Virus record (IMG/VR): IMGVR_UViG_3300028591_000122
Span: 52,457 to 116,456 of that record
Reading direction: 5' to 3' (one strand)
Origin: a virus
Lineage: Duplodnaviria > Caudoviricetes
DNA: 64,000 nt
Both the position numbers and the translations under genes were made by a program. The notes under the pieces were generated by a model. It was not told the origin of the DNA. It ran no database searches and saw only the letters and a program-made list of their open reading frames with translations. Of the stretch, positions 20,501-30,541 are shown one piece after another; position 1 is the stretch's first letter; each line of letters opens with the position of its first letter.

Positions 20501-23500
20501 ATTAAATGCCCGTAGACAGAATGGGTTATTATTAAACAATTCTGAAATGGCACAAATTCAAGCATTGATAGAACAGACCAAAAATCCTGATTTGTCAATT
20601 CTTACTGCTAATAAATCCGTTCTTCAAAAGAATATTACAAAACTCGAAAAGACATTAAGAGATGGCGCACTTCCTACTGGACTTCAGGAAAAACTTAAAG
20701 AGGTTATTCTTCAAATGAAGACCCTCGAAGGTCAATCTGAAGTAACCAAAGAACAGGTGGAGAATGTATTAGATGCTGGTCGTCGTGTCGAAATGGAAGC
20801 TGGCAACATTGGTAAAACTCTCATTGGACAAACCGCACAAAGATTGCAAGATATGAATGCTAAATTCATTGCGCAGTATTTGAGCATTCATGACATTATC
20901 CGTTATTTAAGAACAATGTTTGAAGAAATCAAGAATATTGACTCTGCTCTCATTGAACTTAAAAAAGTAACAGATGGTCTTACGGTAGAGAGATTAAATA
21001 TAAGCCTTGAACACTCTTTTGAAACTGCAAGAGAATTAGGTTCAGCCGTTACGGAAGTTATCAATACAACAGCCGACTGGGCGAGACTTGGATATGGTAT
21101 TGAAGATGCCGAAGAGTTAGCAAAAATCACTACACTCTTTAAGAATGTCGGTGATAATATGACAACAGATACGGCAAGTGAATACCTCATCTCAACCCTT
21201 AAAGGTTTTGAGATGCTTCCCGAAGAAGCATTGTCTATCGTAGATAGATTCAATGAAGTTGCCAACAACTTTGCTATTGATACTGCTGGTATTGGCGAAG
21301 CATTAGAGAGGTCATCGGCTTCATTTAATGCGGCTAATACAAGTCTGTCGGAATCAATTGCTCTTGTAACAACTGCAAACGCAGTAGTTCAGAATCCTGA
21401 AAGTGTAGGTACAACATTCAAAACTTTATCTGCTCGTATTCGTGGTGCTAAAACAGAACTTGAAGAATTAGGCGAAGAACAGGATATCTATACAGAGTCT
21501 ACATCAAAACTCCGTGACCTTGTAAAAGGACTGACGGGATTTGATATTATGGCTGATGAAGATACCTTTAAATCTATTTACGATATCTTATTGGGTATCG
21601 GACAAGAATGGGATAAACTTACCGACGTTGAAAGAGCATCTCTCGGAGAAGCATTGGCAGGTAAGAGAAACTCTAATGTTCTTTTCGCTATTATGAACAA
21701 CATCGAAGAACTTGAGAAAGCATATGAGACAGCAGAGAATGCCGCTGGTTCAGCAACGAAAGAACAAGAAAATTATCAGAAGTCAATTCAATATTCGGTT
21801 GATGTATTCAAATCTCAATTATCTGAATTATATACAAAAATATTAAATTCTGATGATGTAAAGAAATTTGTAGATTTTCTTGCTCAGGCACTTAGTTATG
21901 TTGTTCAAATTGCCGACAAGGTTCCTACCATTCTCGCACTTGGCACTGTATTCGGAACAAGTTTGTTCTTGGGTAATTCCAGACGAATGGGTGACTTATC
22001 TTTGTTCTTTGAAGGACTTGTTAAAGCGACTGGAGTTCTCGTTTCAAGTGGTGGAAAAGAAGCTTGGAATTCGTTAATGAATACCATTCTTTTAATCTCG
22101 AAGACATCTCACCGAGAGGGAGAAGTAACCATATTTGAAATGATTGCTCAAAGTTTTGTAAAGGGCAAAGATTCCATAGAAGAAGCAACCGAAGATATGG
22201 CAGACTCATTAGGTGAAGTAAGAGATGCGGCTGAAGATGTTTCAGAAAACATAGACGAAATTAAGAGCAGTGCTATATCTCTTAAGAGCATAGGCTTTGT
22301 TGCGATTCTTGTAGCAGTAACTGCTGCCGCTTATGGAGTAAGTAAGGCTTTGGATTCCTTTGTAGAATCTTTTGATGAAGTCGAAGACAGAATACAAAAG
22401 GCAGAAGCAAAGGTTACAGAGTATGATTCAAAACTTCAAGAGTTACAGAGCAGACTTGAAGAGATTAAGAATATTGACACATCTGATTATAGTTATAACC
22501 AACAGCAGAATTTGCAGAAAGAAGCAGAATATGTTGAGAATTTAACGGAACAGTATAAAGCATTAAAAGAAGCACAAGAAGAGATTATCTCGCTTAATCA
22601 AAAGAAGTCGTGGACGGGCGAACTTAAATATAATCCGTTCTCAACAGAAATGGAACAACTTCTTAAGGGAGACTTTGCAGGTGCTTTCAAGACTCAAATG
22701 GCTTCGGGAGTAATCCGTGGCGATTGGGGAGAGAATGAGAAATATAGATACGCATTGAATACTTTACTCGGTTCATTCCCGGGAGTAAACACAGTAGCTT
22801 CATTTGTTTCTAATTCAGATAAAAACAAGACACAACTCTTAAATGATGAGATTGAAAGATATAAGGAACTCCGAGAGGAACTTAATAATCTTCAAGAATC
22901 TCAAATGAAGTTTGGTGATGATTCACGATTCCAAGATGAAATAGATGAGGTTAATGGTAAATTGGCTGAATCTACAGAACAAATTCGTGAATATGAAAAC
23001 GAACTTATGGAGATGAAGAAATCTATCATCGACGAGTACGAGTCTGGTTTCGAGGAAATGAAGAAACTCCAAGAAGGTGGGTCTGTAGATTTATTTAATA
23101 GACCTTCTGTTCAAGTAGTTGATGAGAACGGCAATACCGCATGGGAGACCGTATTCTCTCATACATTCTCTGATGAAAAGGGCGAGAGATGGTTGAACTT
23201 CACACCTATTATGGTTGACGAAAATGGAAACTATATCGGAAGTTTGACATCAGAAGACTTACAGAAGTATGCGGAAGAGGTAATCAGTGGTGCCAGAACA
23301 GATGACCTTCATTTGCAGATAGGCGCTGAATTTACTTCTGAAGAAGATGCAGTTGAAGCCGCAATTAAAATCCACGAAGAACAGGAAAGATATTATGAAG
23401 GTCTTAAGAAACTAGATTTAGACTATATTGACTCGAATCTTCAATCTATTAGCGATACTTTTGATATGTTTGACCAAGAGGGATATGCTTCTGAAAGCAC

Positions 23501-26500
23501 AGTGTTAGAGAAATGGCTTAATACAATCAACTCGACTGTAGATAAGAACGAACAACTTCTTGAAACGACAAAAGATTTAGGAAAAGAAAGAGCGCAATTA
23601 ACTGATAATGCGTTAGAGTATAATCGCCTTGTAAGCCAAGGAACCGATGCGGAATTATATGACGAGTACGAAGCTAGACAACTTCTTGATGTTTTATATT
23701 CAATTAGAGATGTTTTACAGTTCATTCAAGATATCGAAGATGTTGGGCTTGAAGATGCTTTCAAAAACCTCATTACACAATGGGATTCAAGAAATACTTT
23801 CTTACAAGCGGCTGGATTTGATGGTAGTGTTTTTGAAGAAGTTCAACAATCTTTAGACTCCATCAAACGTTCATGGGATTCTATCACGGAAACGTTGAGT
23901 CCGTTTAGGGAAACTATTATTGATATATTGGAAGAGGTTTCTCCTTTGCTTGCTGAAATATTTAAGTCATTTGATTTATTAGATTTCGCTACTGCCGCCA
24001 TTACTCCTTTGAAGTTAGTTGAACTTGCATTTCAAAAGATATCGCAAGTTGTGGCAGAAACAGCAAGGGGTCTTGATGTAATATTCGGATATCTCAACCA
24101 ATTTGTATCTGCTCTTGATGAAATAACTAACCGTCTTCTTACGGCTCTTGCCGATAGGTTAGAATCAATGCCAGAACCTCCTCAATGGATTTTGGATTTC
24201 ATCGAGATATACCAGAACAATAGGAATAAGAGAATCAATACAAAGGATTCCAATAATGGTAAGGCACAATTGCCAGCAGATAATACTCTTGAATATTATG
24301 TTTCTCTTCCCGAACACGAGACTAAACAAACAACGGTTCAGTTCTCTGATACGCATGACGCTACACGACTTGGTGAACTTCTTTCTTCTGGAGGAAATTT
24401 AACCAATTCAACTTCTTGGGCTAAAATCAGAGATGAACTTGTGGGCATGGCTCAAGTAGGTAAACTCGACGAAACAACACTCAAGAGTTATGAACATTAT
24501 AAAGATATCCTTGACGCATTGGGTATATCAGCAGAAGACGCAGATAAGAATATCTCCGACATGATAGACACCATTAACCAAATGGCACAACAAAACGCTG
24601 TTGATGTATTGAATAAATATAAGACGGGTATTGATAGCCTTGATGATGCTTATCAGAAATTCAAGAAGGGTAAATTTATTGATGCGAGTACACTTGCTGG
24701 AATACAAGATACATTCGGCAACCTAGAATCCTATCAAGCATTTGAAGAAGCCGTAATGAGTGGCGAGAAGAATCTTCAAGAATACTTTGATGCTATTGTT
24801 ACAGAATATGCTATTCAAGAAAGTGCATTAGGAGAATTAACAGAAGCCAATAAAGATTGGGTTAAACAGCAACTCGTTGCATCTGGTATTACAGAAGCAA
24901 GTGCAGATAAAGCCATTAAACAATCTCTTGAAAGAAAGGCTTCTCTTGAAAACGAAATCCGTGCAACTCTTGAGTTGATGAACGCAGAAGTAGCAGAGAA
25001 GAAAGGTAGAGATGACCTTGTTGTGTCTACTGAAAATCTTGATAAATTAACCACAGAAGAAATTGTATTGTTGATGCAAGAAGCAAATATGTCGGGCGAA
25101 GCCGCACAAGCGGTTGCTTTGTTTGCTCTTAAGAAAGAATTAGCAAAAGATTCCGCATTAAGAAATCAAGACGACATTAACTATCTCTTGCAACTTATCA
25201 ATCTTGCAGACCTTGGTGGTAAGAAAGTCACTGAACTTAAGTATAAACTTGAGAATCAGCAGAAATATCAAGAGAGAGCCGATGCGCTCAGTAAGCGAGA
25301 AGAGGATTTCTACAAGAAACACGGAACGGATTCCTCGAAGTATTATAATGACCGAGGTGTTTACGAAGAATGGAAATCCATAACGGGAGAAAAACAATAT
25401 CTTGAGGATTGGCTAGGCAGTATTGACACGCTTTCGCAAGATGTCTTGGACGAAATCTATGGTCAACATCCAGAGTTAGACTATACGGTTGATTTAAACC
25501 TTGATTATGGTGGAGCGGTTGATTCTGCAAGCAAGGCAGGTTCCGAAGCGGCGAAAGCCTTTAAAGAGACATTAGATAAGATACTTGCAATGTATGATGC
25601 GGAATTAGATGCAGGAGTTGAGACATTTAAGAATTACGTCAATAAATCTCGTGCTGTAATCGAGCAGTATTACCAAGAAGGAAAGATAACGGCATCAGAA
25701 TACTATGACTACATAGCAAATCTGTATGAGAAACAAGTAAGCGAGTATGATAAAGTTATAAGTGCCGTTCAGAGAAAGATTAAAGAACAGATAGACTCTT
25801 TAGATAAAGAGAAAGAGTCAATTGAAGAAAGTTACAATCTTCAGATTGAAGAAATTCAAAAGAAGATTGATGCACTTCAAGAAGAGAACGATGAAATTGA
25901 CAGGAATATGGCTTTGTCTCGTGCTCAATACCAGTTGGCTAGAGCGCAACATCAAAGAACAAGGCTTATGTATTCTGAATCAAGAGGTTTCTACTACGAA
26001 GCAGACTTGCAAGGTATTGCAGATGCTCAAGAAAATGTCCGTAAGGCGCAATTAGATAAGACCGTTTCTGATTTGCAGAGAAGAATTACCACTCTTCAAG
26101 ATTCAATGAAACGTGAAACTGATGCGATTGATGAACAGATTAAATCACTCAATGAATTATCAGAAGCGTGGGGAGAAGTATCTTCCGTGCTTCAACATTC
26201 TATTGAGGATATGAGAGCAGAAGAAATTCTCGGCAAAGATTGGGAGCAACAGATATTTGCAGACCGTCAAAAGATACTTGAAGATTTCACAAATCAATAT
26301 GTTGCTTTACAACAAGCCCAGAAAGACGCATATCTTGCGGCAAGACAAGCCGAATTAGATTATCAGCCTAATCCTACAGGTAATTCTGGTGGAGGCGGTG
26401 GCGGTAATCAGGGCGATGGTGGTGGAGGAGGAAGCGACTTCTCAGATACTGGTCACGCCCAAACTGGTGGCAACACTAAAGGTGGAGACATTTCTCGAAA

Positions 26501-27203
26501 TAAGACACCCCAATATGTGTATGTTTATAATGGCAAAGAGTATCCGACATCGGATGCCGCTAGCGCTCAGCAACAAGCCGACTATAATGGCGCTTATGAT
26601 AAGTTCTATAAACAAACATATAATAACCTTAAGGGCAGAGGAAAATCCAACAAAGAAGCAGATGAACTTGCAAAGCAAGCTGCCAAGAATCAAGCCAAAA
26701 ATATCCTCAGTCGAAAGATTGAAAAGAAAGTTAAGGCTAAATTCTCTGGTACGGATTCTGCTAAAGCAGGAGATACTCTTGTAGGTGAATTAGGAACAGA
26801 AATCGTTCTTGATAAAGACAAAGGCGAAGCCACAATCGTTGACTCTCCTACCTTGATGAAGATGAAGGGTGGAGAAAAGATATTTAACGCAGAAGAAACA
26901 GAAAAGATACTCAAATCCAAGTATGTTCCGTTAAAGAATCTTAATCCTAAAAAGTTTGCTATGCTCCATTCATTTGCTAACGGAACAAGTTCTCCGTTAC
27001 AGAATGCTATTGCCGCTCAAGCGGTTGGTATTGCGAGTGGGCTTAAGAGCGGATTAACCCCTGCTCTTTCAACGGGTGCGGGTCAAACGATTAATCAGAC
27101 ATTTAATGTTTCGTTGCCGAACATTACAGACTCAAGTAAAGCAAGTGATTTGTTTAGAGAGTTTGAACAATTACAGAGAAGGGCAACACAGTTTTTCAAT
27201 TAG
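14556..27203 (+). CDS. Tail tape measure protein, 4215 aa, with embedded cargo domains
   Basis: TP901-type core ~20.9-21.9 kb (DSALIELKKVT, ADWARLGY, LSARIRGA, LAGKRN); hydrophobic segments; C-terminal GELGTE/GEKIFNAEET motif. Confidence 0.92.
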   Translation: MNNIHDYSELRKQIKAEISDAVFQASREGISDGLSKAVEKQFKTEVGEVNIDLKDLSKKVADSVQKAVVQGITKEKVKGIDISDIISLNSKDILKEIEKMVDEEVTLTAKGAKKMLAAVSLAQSKGISKAQINNALSQTGYKGAGGKATSMSDTAYEEYFKNLRSTARLSKTDAEIFGKNVIDVVTKINFKIDQLVEDTITDYSKVTSSLKQNIKAEMDAFNKELESLSSKDFDKVMDNPRYYEIEDKVSAGILSAKRAMAMLLEETDRTIGHEVVKLEQLQDSVENTSGAVKEQEQAFEKESEAINKVADKVEKLEKKTKKAQKEIVKATEKVSEVSINEADEVAKGSKSRKNKKDVAEAVEEMKQQTEETKKTVIDKGVSGIQTEVEKIVEAEKDFSKINEQIVTSSKAVTQSLEEETAVIKTASNEFEKYGDKLDEFWKEKSRLNSADSKGIEEMYDYQWRIEQVANGQLSGKDAISLLIEDLQLAREEAIRTQREEIEKEKKALQTVLEDEEMLDASSLSYSDDDDWFFGVSTPKVIEQITEKTSELNTELKETDNVAQAITDDVQKTVKEVKAMSGQEWLKFSSPFQEAQKITQQFMSQSKLKSKQTAQDLALEIEYQIKNMLKGSAPDFRESSILLASNKDKKMAWEDFGSPEHRAVRDYIKSSSGVYINEQIKGDLGDNLKRLRELMGFGKVNTKNSSLMGVDVFLRDLNSVAQTSFQSIRELLDFLENSPTDYDVLKQLSESGYFTDVEEKLKNRIDDYIKNYSRLNDEQKRTLKNRDENIHRQQDNRKTLYQEEKEREKKLQETLNTQQEETVQTVDKQKIFEERMNDIYEHRISLKKEDLALQQRYNDLVKREEELRATQAVYEQQIGNSLSVDAQQEAIEKYNDTLTEARNNYTTIEQIVGRINKKSEKPLESFGLTDKVRLSATMMALVERYKEIAGDNYDVNQIGGQKTINAYSTYYGMTQDKIADVAKQLGEVNKQLLEIDKNKKEIENTRSLSKVESDITKIVNKAKEAGKFTSYQKKRLTSYIDEYENLGGNPFVSQTFSEGKILSTNLEEMFAKEYTAQDVADSFKRKQEAEALAKRKMSTKDVISLLKQEKKAQNEITEEIQKTEEATGQLNQEIKTTQQETEFTQKELAELVEEYFPDNKVSNKTGQLSLDDLMSAHFATPKNAPQIESPNIADNNQIVQQINVVDTDIKAIGSDVSKIVSSTESDTPSPISDDVSRMIKGWVEAENIMLKSAESVDGVTRERGAFGSRKNGAVTNPYIFGQEEEVSAELIAELQKLSNVLEDKFSIHSHPMDYVVPSGAGGDLEEYQTSGPGLIVGRKQMAFVNPLAVGEKVYQKIIDDFSKMTKENLGKEFKNEINAIVDRVKAELGHYDENDPDYDKKEELYEDNVYTLLNQLALKKAFDKNAPEGVEFSDFFKTLDYKNPEDLSLADINNFLGIQNTDNTYLQDIADAVRKILSIISSGKISLTPENEMIGEGTGFKSLVPIDRVSTSETTPTWATGWQKQNAANKISHASKFNDDFAKYKVSEEQGDMSDLEYAQKFYTEYLEWLEEDLANAAKEDKRGKRNYIKFVKEQQKLNNQRIKEAEELNKNQIELEEQKNDLVDKEINAEKQAERLMQRRDDQIDELAKRYANKQASEYGLEQKRAAEEEYKARAKGRQQEEKEYITNQNRQATATNLWSRMNNFLLNDNLVDDSVRQRVEDMAKRLEQVKDSARITNKEFAEIKNECTEISIEAQKNINDTAKVNGQLKEQQKIHQQSVEQQRKENQLQTERSNEINKMVAQTKVLRSQQGVSSLTQNVLNDFVHKLRAIQQQGNITKDVIDGLNQEFRQLSKQATADINTEKRQSTSENKTRMKQVNSMVASLEKLLDNQDFTQQFRGPADDLLNRLKQIQTQGQITVDNFDDIETEFKQINVQAEDVVTKQQQMNNLALELQKIQSSKTQGRNTYASAFLEEISKAEQLLNARRQNGLLLNNSEMAQIQALIEQTKNPDLSILTANKSVLQKNITKLEKTLRDGALPTGLQEKLKEVILQMKTLEGQSEVTKEQVENVLDAGRRVEMEAGNIGKTLIGQTAQRLQDMNAKFIAQYLSIHDIIRYLRTMFEEIKNIDSALIELKKVTDGLTVERLNISLEHSFETARELGSAVTEVINTTADWARLGYGIEDAEELAKITTLFKNVGDNMTTDTASEYLISTLKGFEMLPEEALSIVDRFNEVANNFAIDTAGIGEALERSSASFNAANTSLSESIALVTTANAVVQNPESVGTTFKTLSARIRGAKTELEELGEEQDIYTESTSKLRDLVKGLTGFDIMADEDTFKSIYDILLGIGQEWDKLTDVERASLGEALAGKRNSNVLFAIMNNIEELEKAYETAENAAGSATKEQENYQKSIQYSVDVFKSQLSELYTKILNSDDVKKFVDFLAQALSYVVQIADKVPTILALGTVFGTSLFLGNSRRMGDLSLFFEGLVKATGVLVSSGGKEAWNSLMNTILLISKTSHREGEVTIFEMIAQSFVKGKDSIEEATEDMADSLGEVRDAAEDVSENIDEIKSSAISLKSIGFVAILVAVTAAAYGVSKALDSFVESFDEVEDRIQKAEAKVTEYDSKLQELQSRLEEIKNIDTSDYSYNQQQNLQKEAEYVENLTEQYKALKEAQEEIISLNQKKSWTGELKYNPFSTEMEQLLKGDFAGAFKTQMASGVIRGDWGENEKYRYALNTLLGSFPGVNTVASFVSNSDKNKTQLLNDEIERYKELREELNNLQESQMKFGDDSRFQDEIDEVNGKLAESTEQIREYENELMEMKKSIIDEYESGFEEMKKLQEGGSVDLFNRPSVQVVDENGNTAWETVFSHTFSDEKGERWLNFTPIMVDENGNYIGSLTSEDLQKYAEEVISGARTDDLHLQIGAEFTSEEDAVEAAIKIHEEQERYYEGLKKLDLDYIDSNLQSISDTFDMFDQEGYASESTVLEKWLNTINSTVDKNEQLLETTKDLGKERAQLTDNALEYNRLVSQGTDAELYDEYEARQLLDVLYSIRDVLQFIQDIEDVGLEDAFKNLITQWDSRNTFLQAAGFDGSVFEEVQQSLDSIKRSWDSITETLSPFRETIIDILEEVSPLLAEIFKSFDLLDFATAAITPLKLVELAFQKISQVVAETARGLDVIFGYLNQFVSALDEITNRLLTALADRLESMPEPPQWILDFIEIYQNNRNKRINTKDSNNGKAQLPADNTLEYYVSLPEHETKQTTVQFSDTHDATRLGELLSSGGNLTNSTSWAKIRDELVGMAQVGKLDETTLKSYEHYKDILDALGISAEDADKNISDMIDTINQMAQQNAVDVLNKYKTGIDSLDDAYQKFKKGKFIDASTLAGIQDTFGNLESYQAFEEAVMSGEKNLQEYFDAIVTEYAIQESALGELTEANKDWVKQQLVASGITEASADKAIKQSLERKASLENEIRATLELMNAEVAEKKGRDDLVVSTENLDKLTTEEIVLLMQEANMSGEAAQAVALFALKKELAKDSALRNQDDINYLLQLINLADLGGKKVTELKYKLENQQKYQERADALSKREEDFYKKHGTDSSKYYNDRGVYEEWKSITGEKQYLEDWLGSIDTLSQDVLDEIYGQHPELDYTVDLNLDYGGAVDSASKAGSEAAKAFKETLDKILAMYDAELDAGVETFKNYVNKSRAVIEQYYQEGKITASEYYDYIANLYEKQVSEYDKVISAVQRKIKEQIDSLDKEKESIEESYNLQIEEIQKKIDALQEENDEIDRNMALSRAQYQLARAQHQRTRLMYSESRGFYYEADLQGIADAQENVRKAQLDKTVSDLQRRITTLQDSMKRETDAIDEQIKSLNELSEAWGEVSSVLQHSIEDMRAEEILGKDWEQQIFADRQKILEDFTNQYVALQQAQKDAYLAARQAELDYQPNPTGNSGGGGGGNQGDGGGGGSDFSDTGHAQTGGNTKGGDISRNKTPQYVYVYNGKEYPTSDAASAQQQADYNGAYDKFYKQTYNNLKGRGKSNKEADELAKQAAKNQAKNILSRKIEKKVKAKFSGTDSAKAGDTLVGELGTEIVLDKDKGEATIVDSPTLMKMKGGEKIFNAEETEKILKSKYVPLKNLNPKKFAMLHSFANGTSSPLQNAIAAQAVGIASGLKSGLTPALSTGAGQTINQTFNVSLPNITDSSKASDLFREFEQLQRRATQFFN

Positions 27204-27209
27204 TTTAGG

Positions 27210-27235
27210 GAGGGAGACTTCGTGTCTCCCTCTTT
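27210..27235 (+). terminator. Intrinsic terminator
   Basis: GAGGGAGAC-ttcgt-GTCTCCCTC plus TTT. Confidence 0.65.
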
Positions 27236-27250
27236 ATTCAGGGAGGTAAT

Positions 27251-27616
27251 ATGGCAGTCACTGACAGTATATTGAAGACTATAGATTATGCTATAGGTAA
27301 ACGAACAGAACATTTAATGAATATGGATATATCGGGCATCATAGTCAGTATACCAGACAAAGATGACGCATATACCGTAAAAATAAGTAATCAAAATTAT
27401 AAAGTTCCAAACGGCTCCGGTCTTGGTTTTAAAGAGGGAGATACCGTATGGATACATTCTCCTAACGGAGATTTTAAAAGAAAATATATCATAGCAAAGA
27501 AAGTATCTAGCGCTAATCTATCACGTAATAGCGGTACGGGAGAGACAGGAGAAGGTGGTAGCATTGGTGATGATGATATAATCACGAATGAAGAAATAGA
27601 TGCTATGTTTGCATAA
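27251..27616 (+). CDS. Small baseplate/spike-like protein ending in ITNEEIDAMFA motif
   Basis: First gene after TMP; OB-like GDTVWI pattern. Confidence 0.45.
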   Translation: MAVTDSILKTIDYAIGKRTEHLMNMDISGIIVSIPDKDDAYTVKISNQNYKVPNGSGLGFKEGDTVWIHSPNGDFKRKYIIAKKVSSANLSRNSGTGETGEGGSIGDDDIITNEEIDAMFA

Positions 27617-27625
27617 GGAGGGAAT

Positions 27626-28417
27626 ATGGCGATAAACGTATCTTGTACTAATCACCCACATTACGGGTGCATTACGGTACAAACATCTCCCGGGAGTATA
27701 CCTTCGGGAGTTAATAAAGTTAGAATTAGTAAGAAAATATCATCAAAGTTTGTGTTTGTTTCCGTATACCTCAAAACAGTAAGTACGACGGCAGACTTAA
27801 CATTTACTTTTGACGATTATCTTTGTAGAAATAATGTTACTTATCAATACAAAGTTGACTATATACACGACATAGATTCGACGAGCTATAATATTATCGA
27901 ATCACAAACCTTTGAAATTAAATGTATGTTTGACTTATTGGTTATCAAGGATAGCGGAGAGACATATGCGACACCGTTAAATGCTTTTCCTATCAATACC
28001 AATACAATAAGACCATTTGTTTTAAACACACCTTTAATGACAAAGAAACCAAGTTACTATTCTATAGGCAATGCCCAATATAAAGAGGGTACTGCTCAAG
28101 GAGTATGGCTTAAAATGGTTGGAGAAGAAAACAATATTCAGTTTGAGACAGACCAAAACTGGGAATACAGAGAGAAGTTTGTTTCATTCCTTTGCAATGG
28201 ATTAGGTAAACTTCTCAAATCTGTTTCTGGAGAAATGTGGTTAGTCGGAATTAAATCTGATGGAATAAGTGATAGCAGTTTATTTTCTACTGCGGAAGTA
28301 GACGGTGCAAGACAAATTGAATTCGGTTGGATTGAAATCGGAGAAGTCGAATCGGAAAACGATTTGTACGAAAACGGTCTTATAAATGTTCCCAGTAAAT
28401 ATTGGAGTGGTACATGA
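27626..28417 (+). CDS. Putative distal tail/baseplate protein
   Basis: Synteny; FL.NG..KLLK..SGE.WLV and F.W.EIG motifs. Confidence 0.5.
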   Translation: MAINVSCTNHPHYGCITVQTSPGSIPSGVNKVRISKKISSKFVFVSVYLKTVSTTADLTFTFDDYLCRNNVTYQYKVDYIHDIDSTSYNIIESQTFEIKCMFDLLVIKDSGETYATPLNAFPINTNTIRPFVLNTPLMTKKPSYYSIGNAQYKEGTAQGVWLKMVGEENNIQFETDQNWEYREKFVSFLCNGLGKLLKSVSGEMWLVGIKSDGISDSSLFSTAEVDGARQIEFGWIEIGEVESENDLYENGLINVPSKYWSGT

Positions 28418-30531
28418 TAACGCCTGCACAATGGGAAGCTGTTAGGAAGCATATTATTCGTGCCAATATTACTTTAACGGTTAGTGAACAAGACGGAACA
28501 TATATTGATGAATTTAAAGGTATATGTAACGGGGGAAGTATTAACCTTGATGGTAATTCAGCAGTACGAAGAACTGCTTCTTTTAGCATAACTCCTACAG
28601 ACCAAATAACCAATATCTCCGAGCAATCACTTGTGTGGTTAAATAAAAATGTAACTGTAACATTGTATGTCAATGGTGTAACTTTCCATATGGGAGAATT
28701 TCTTTATACGAGCGCAAATGCAACTTATGATTCATCAACGAACTTGATGACAATTGAATTGTCGGATTGGATGGCAAAGTTAGACGGAACTATCAATGGA
28801 CAAATTGGTGGCGCTCCTACTATTGTCTGTCCTGCGTATAAAGAAGACCCCGAAACTGGAGAACCATTGGAATATAGTACAATTAAAGGTTATATAACAA
28901 AACAATTGGAAGCTTGCGGAATTACAGAATATGTGCCGGGTGGTCCTAGAATGAATAGATATGTGGTTGACGACATAGGCGAATATTATTGTATGCCACA
29001 CCCAGACCATCCAGAATGGAATTGGCAAGAATATAGAGCAAGATATCCTTTGTGGAATACAGTTCCTTATGACCTTGAATTTTCTATTGGTTGTACGAAC
29101 TGGGACATTATATCCGAACTCGTAAACCTTTATCCTAACTATGAAGCATACTTCGATGAGTACGGAACTTTTAGAGTAAATATGATACCGAGCGAATATA
29201 CCGAAGACTATGATTTTCAGTATGAAGATTATATAGATATGGTTATATCCGAGAATGTATCTACAGACCTTACTACTGTTCGTAATGTATGCGAAGTATG
29301 GGGAGCAACTCTTGATGCCGATTGGTATGCCAATAGTGTAGTACACGCGGACAGAGTTGATTTTTCATATCAAGTTTGGTTTGGAACACCTTCTCAAGAA
29401 TCTTCTACTTATAGTGTTCGATTGGTTCGAACTATAATGGGTGCTGGTGTTCCGGGTTCTGGTACATATAGCAAAGAGAAGACTTATACGTTTGGAGAAT
29501 ATACAAATACAAACGAAGACTGGTATGACATACATATTTCCTTTAGCAATCATACATTAATTTTGTCTTCTGCTTATGATTATTTATCTTCTTGGAGTTT
29601 AGGCGGGCAATATTATTCGGGGCAAGCGTTCTATACTTGCAATTATGATAATTGGGGACGATTGCCAGATTCTTATGCTGCTATTTTCTTAAACAAAGCC
29701 AATATTGCAAGCAGTGATTACGTAGTTATATTAGACGGATATTCTGACGATTACAGAACATCTACTAGGTTTGGTGTTAAGTTCGTAGAGAACAGTAATA
29801 CGGCTCAAATGATGCGTATCAATGATTTGTCTCCGTTGCCTATAATTGATTTTTCTACCAAACAGCCTATAGGTGCAAACTATTTTGATTTGAATGAGAT
29901 ACACGTATTCCAAATTGCAAAGATAAGAATCAGCGATGATAATTATACTCACCAAATTTATTATGTAGGTGTGGCACAAGCGCACGCTCTCAATGTTTTG
30001 ACCAATGGGGAAGTAGGTCCACAAGTTCCGTATATAGATGATATGGGTGTTCAGCGATATGTTATGAAGTATTCGGAAGATTATTATAAAATCTTTTTGA
30101 ATTGCCGACACGTTACATTTACACTTCAACCCGATTCTCCTTTTGTTGTACAGAAATTAGGAGATAGACTTGATGTTAAAGCCGACGGAGAGTTTTCAAA
30201 TATCCGTTCGGACGAATTGGCTATTGAGCGTGCCGAATACGAGAACTGGAAGAACGCAAGATTGTCTGATACAGTTTCTATCACAACTAAATTAATGCCA
30301 TTTGTAGAACCTAATATGAAGATTAGTTATAAGAAAAGCGGTTATAATTTTGTTGACGATTTTATTGTTCAATCAGTGTCTCACGATTTTGACCAAGGCA
30401 CAACGACAATTAATATGTCTACATTCTATCCGTTGTACAGAAGAGAACCGGGCAATTTGTATCTTATGACCTACAAGTATATGAGTGGCTTTAGAAACTC
30501 TGAATTATACGGTAATCAGGATTTAATGTAA
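28414..30531 (+). CDS. Baseplate hub/tail-associated protein
   Basis: Synteny; GSINLDGNSAVRRTAS N-terminus and VRNVCEVWG motif. Confidence 0.6.
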   Translation: MITPAQWEAVRKHIIRANITLTVSEQDGTYIDEFKGICNGGSINLDGNSAVRRTASFSITPTDQITNISEQSLVWLNKNVTVTLYVNGVTFHMGEFLYTSANATYDSSTNLMTIELSDWMAKLDGTINGQIGGAPTIVCPAYKEDPETGEPLEYSTIKGYITKQLEACGITEYVPGGPRMNRYVVDDIGEYYCMPHPDHPEWNWQEYRARYPLWNTVPYDLEFSIGCTNWDIISELVNLYPNYEAYFDEYGTFRVNMIPSEYTEDYDFQYEDYIDMVISENVSTDLTTVRNVCEVWGATLDADWYANSVVHADRVDFSYQVWFGTPSQESSTYSVRLVRTIMGAGVPGSGTYSKEKTYTFGEYTNTNEDWYDIHISFSNHTLILSSAYDYLSSWSLGGQYYSGQAFYTCNYDNWGRLPDSYAAIFLNKANIASSDYVVILDGYSDDYRTSTRFGVKFVENSNTAQMMRINDLSPLPIIDFSTKQPIGANYFDLNEIHVFQIAKIRISDDNYTHQIYYVGVAQAHALNVLTNGEVGPQVPYIDDMGVQRYVMKYSEDYYKIFLNCRHVTFTLQPDSPFVVQKLGDRLDVKADGEFSNIRSDELAIERAEYENWKNARLSDTVSITTKLMPFVEPNMKISYKKSGYNFVDDFIVQSVSHDFDQGTTTINMSTFYPLYRREPGNLYLMTYKYMSGFRNSELYGNQDLM

Positions 30532-30541
30532 GGGAGGATTT

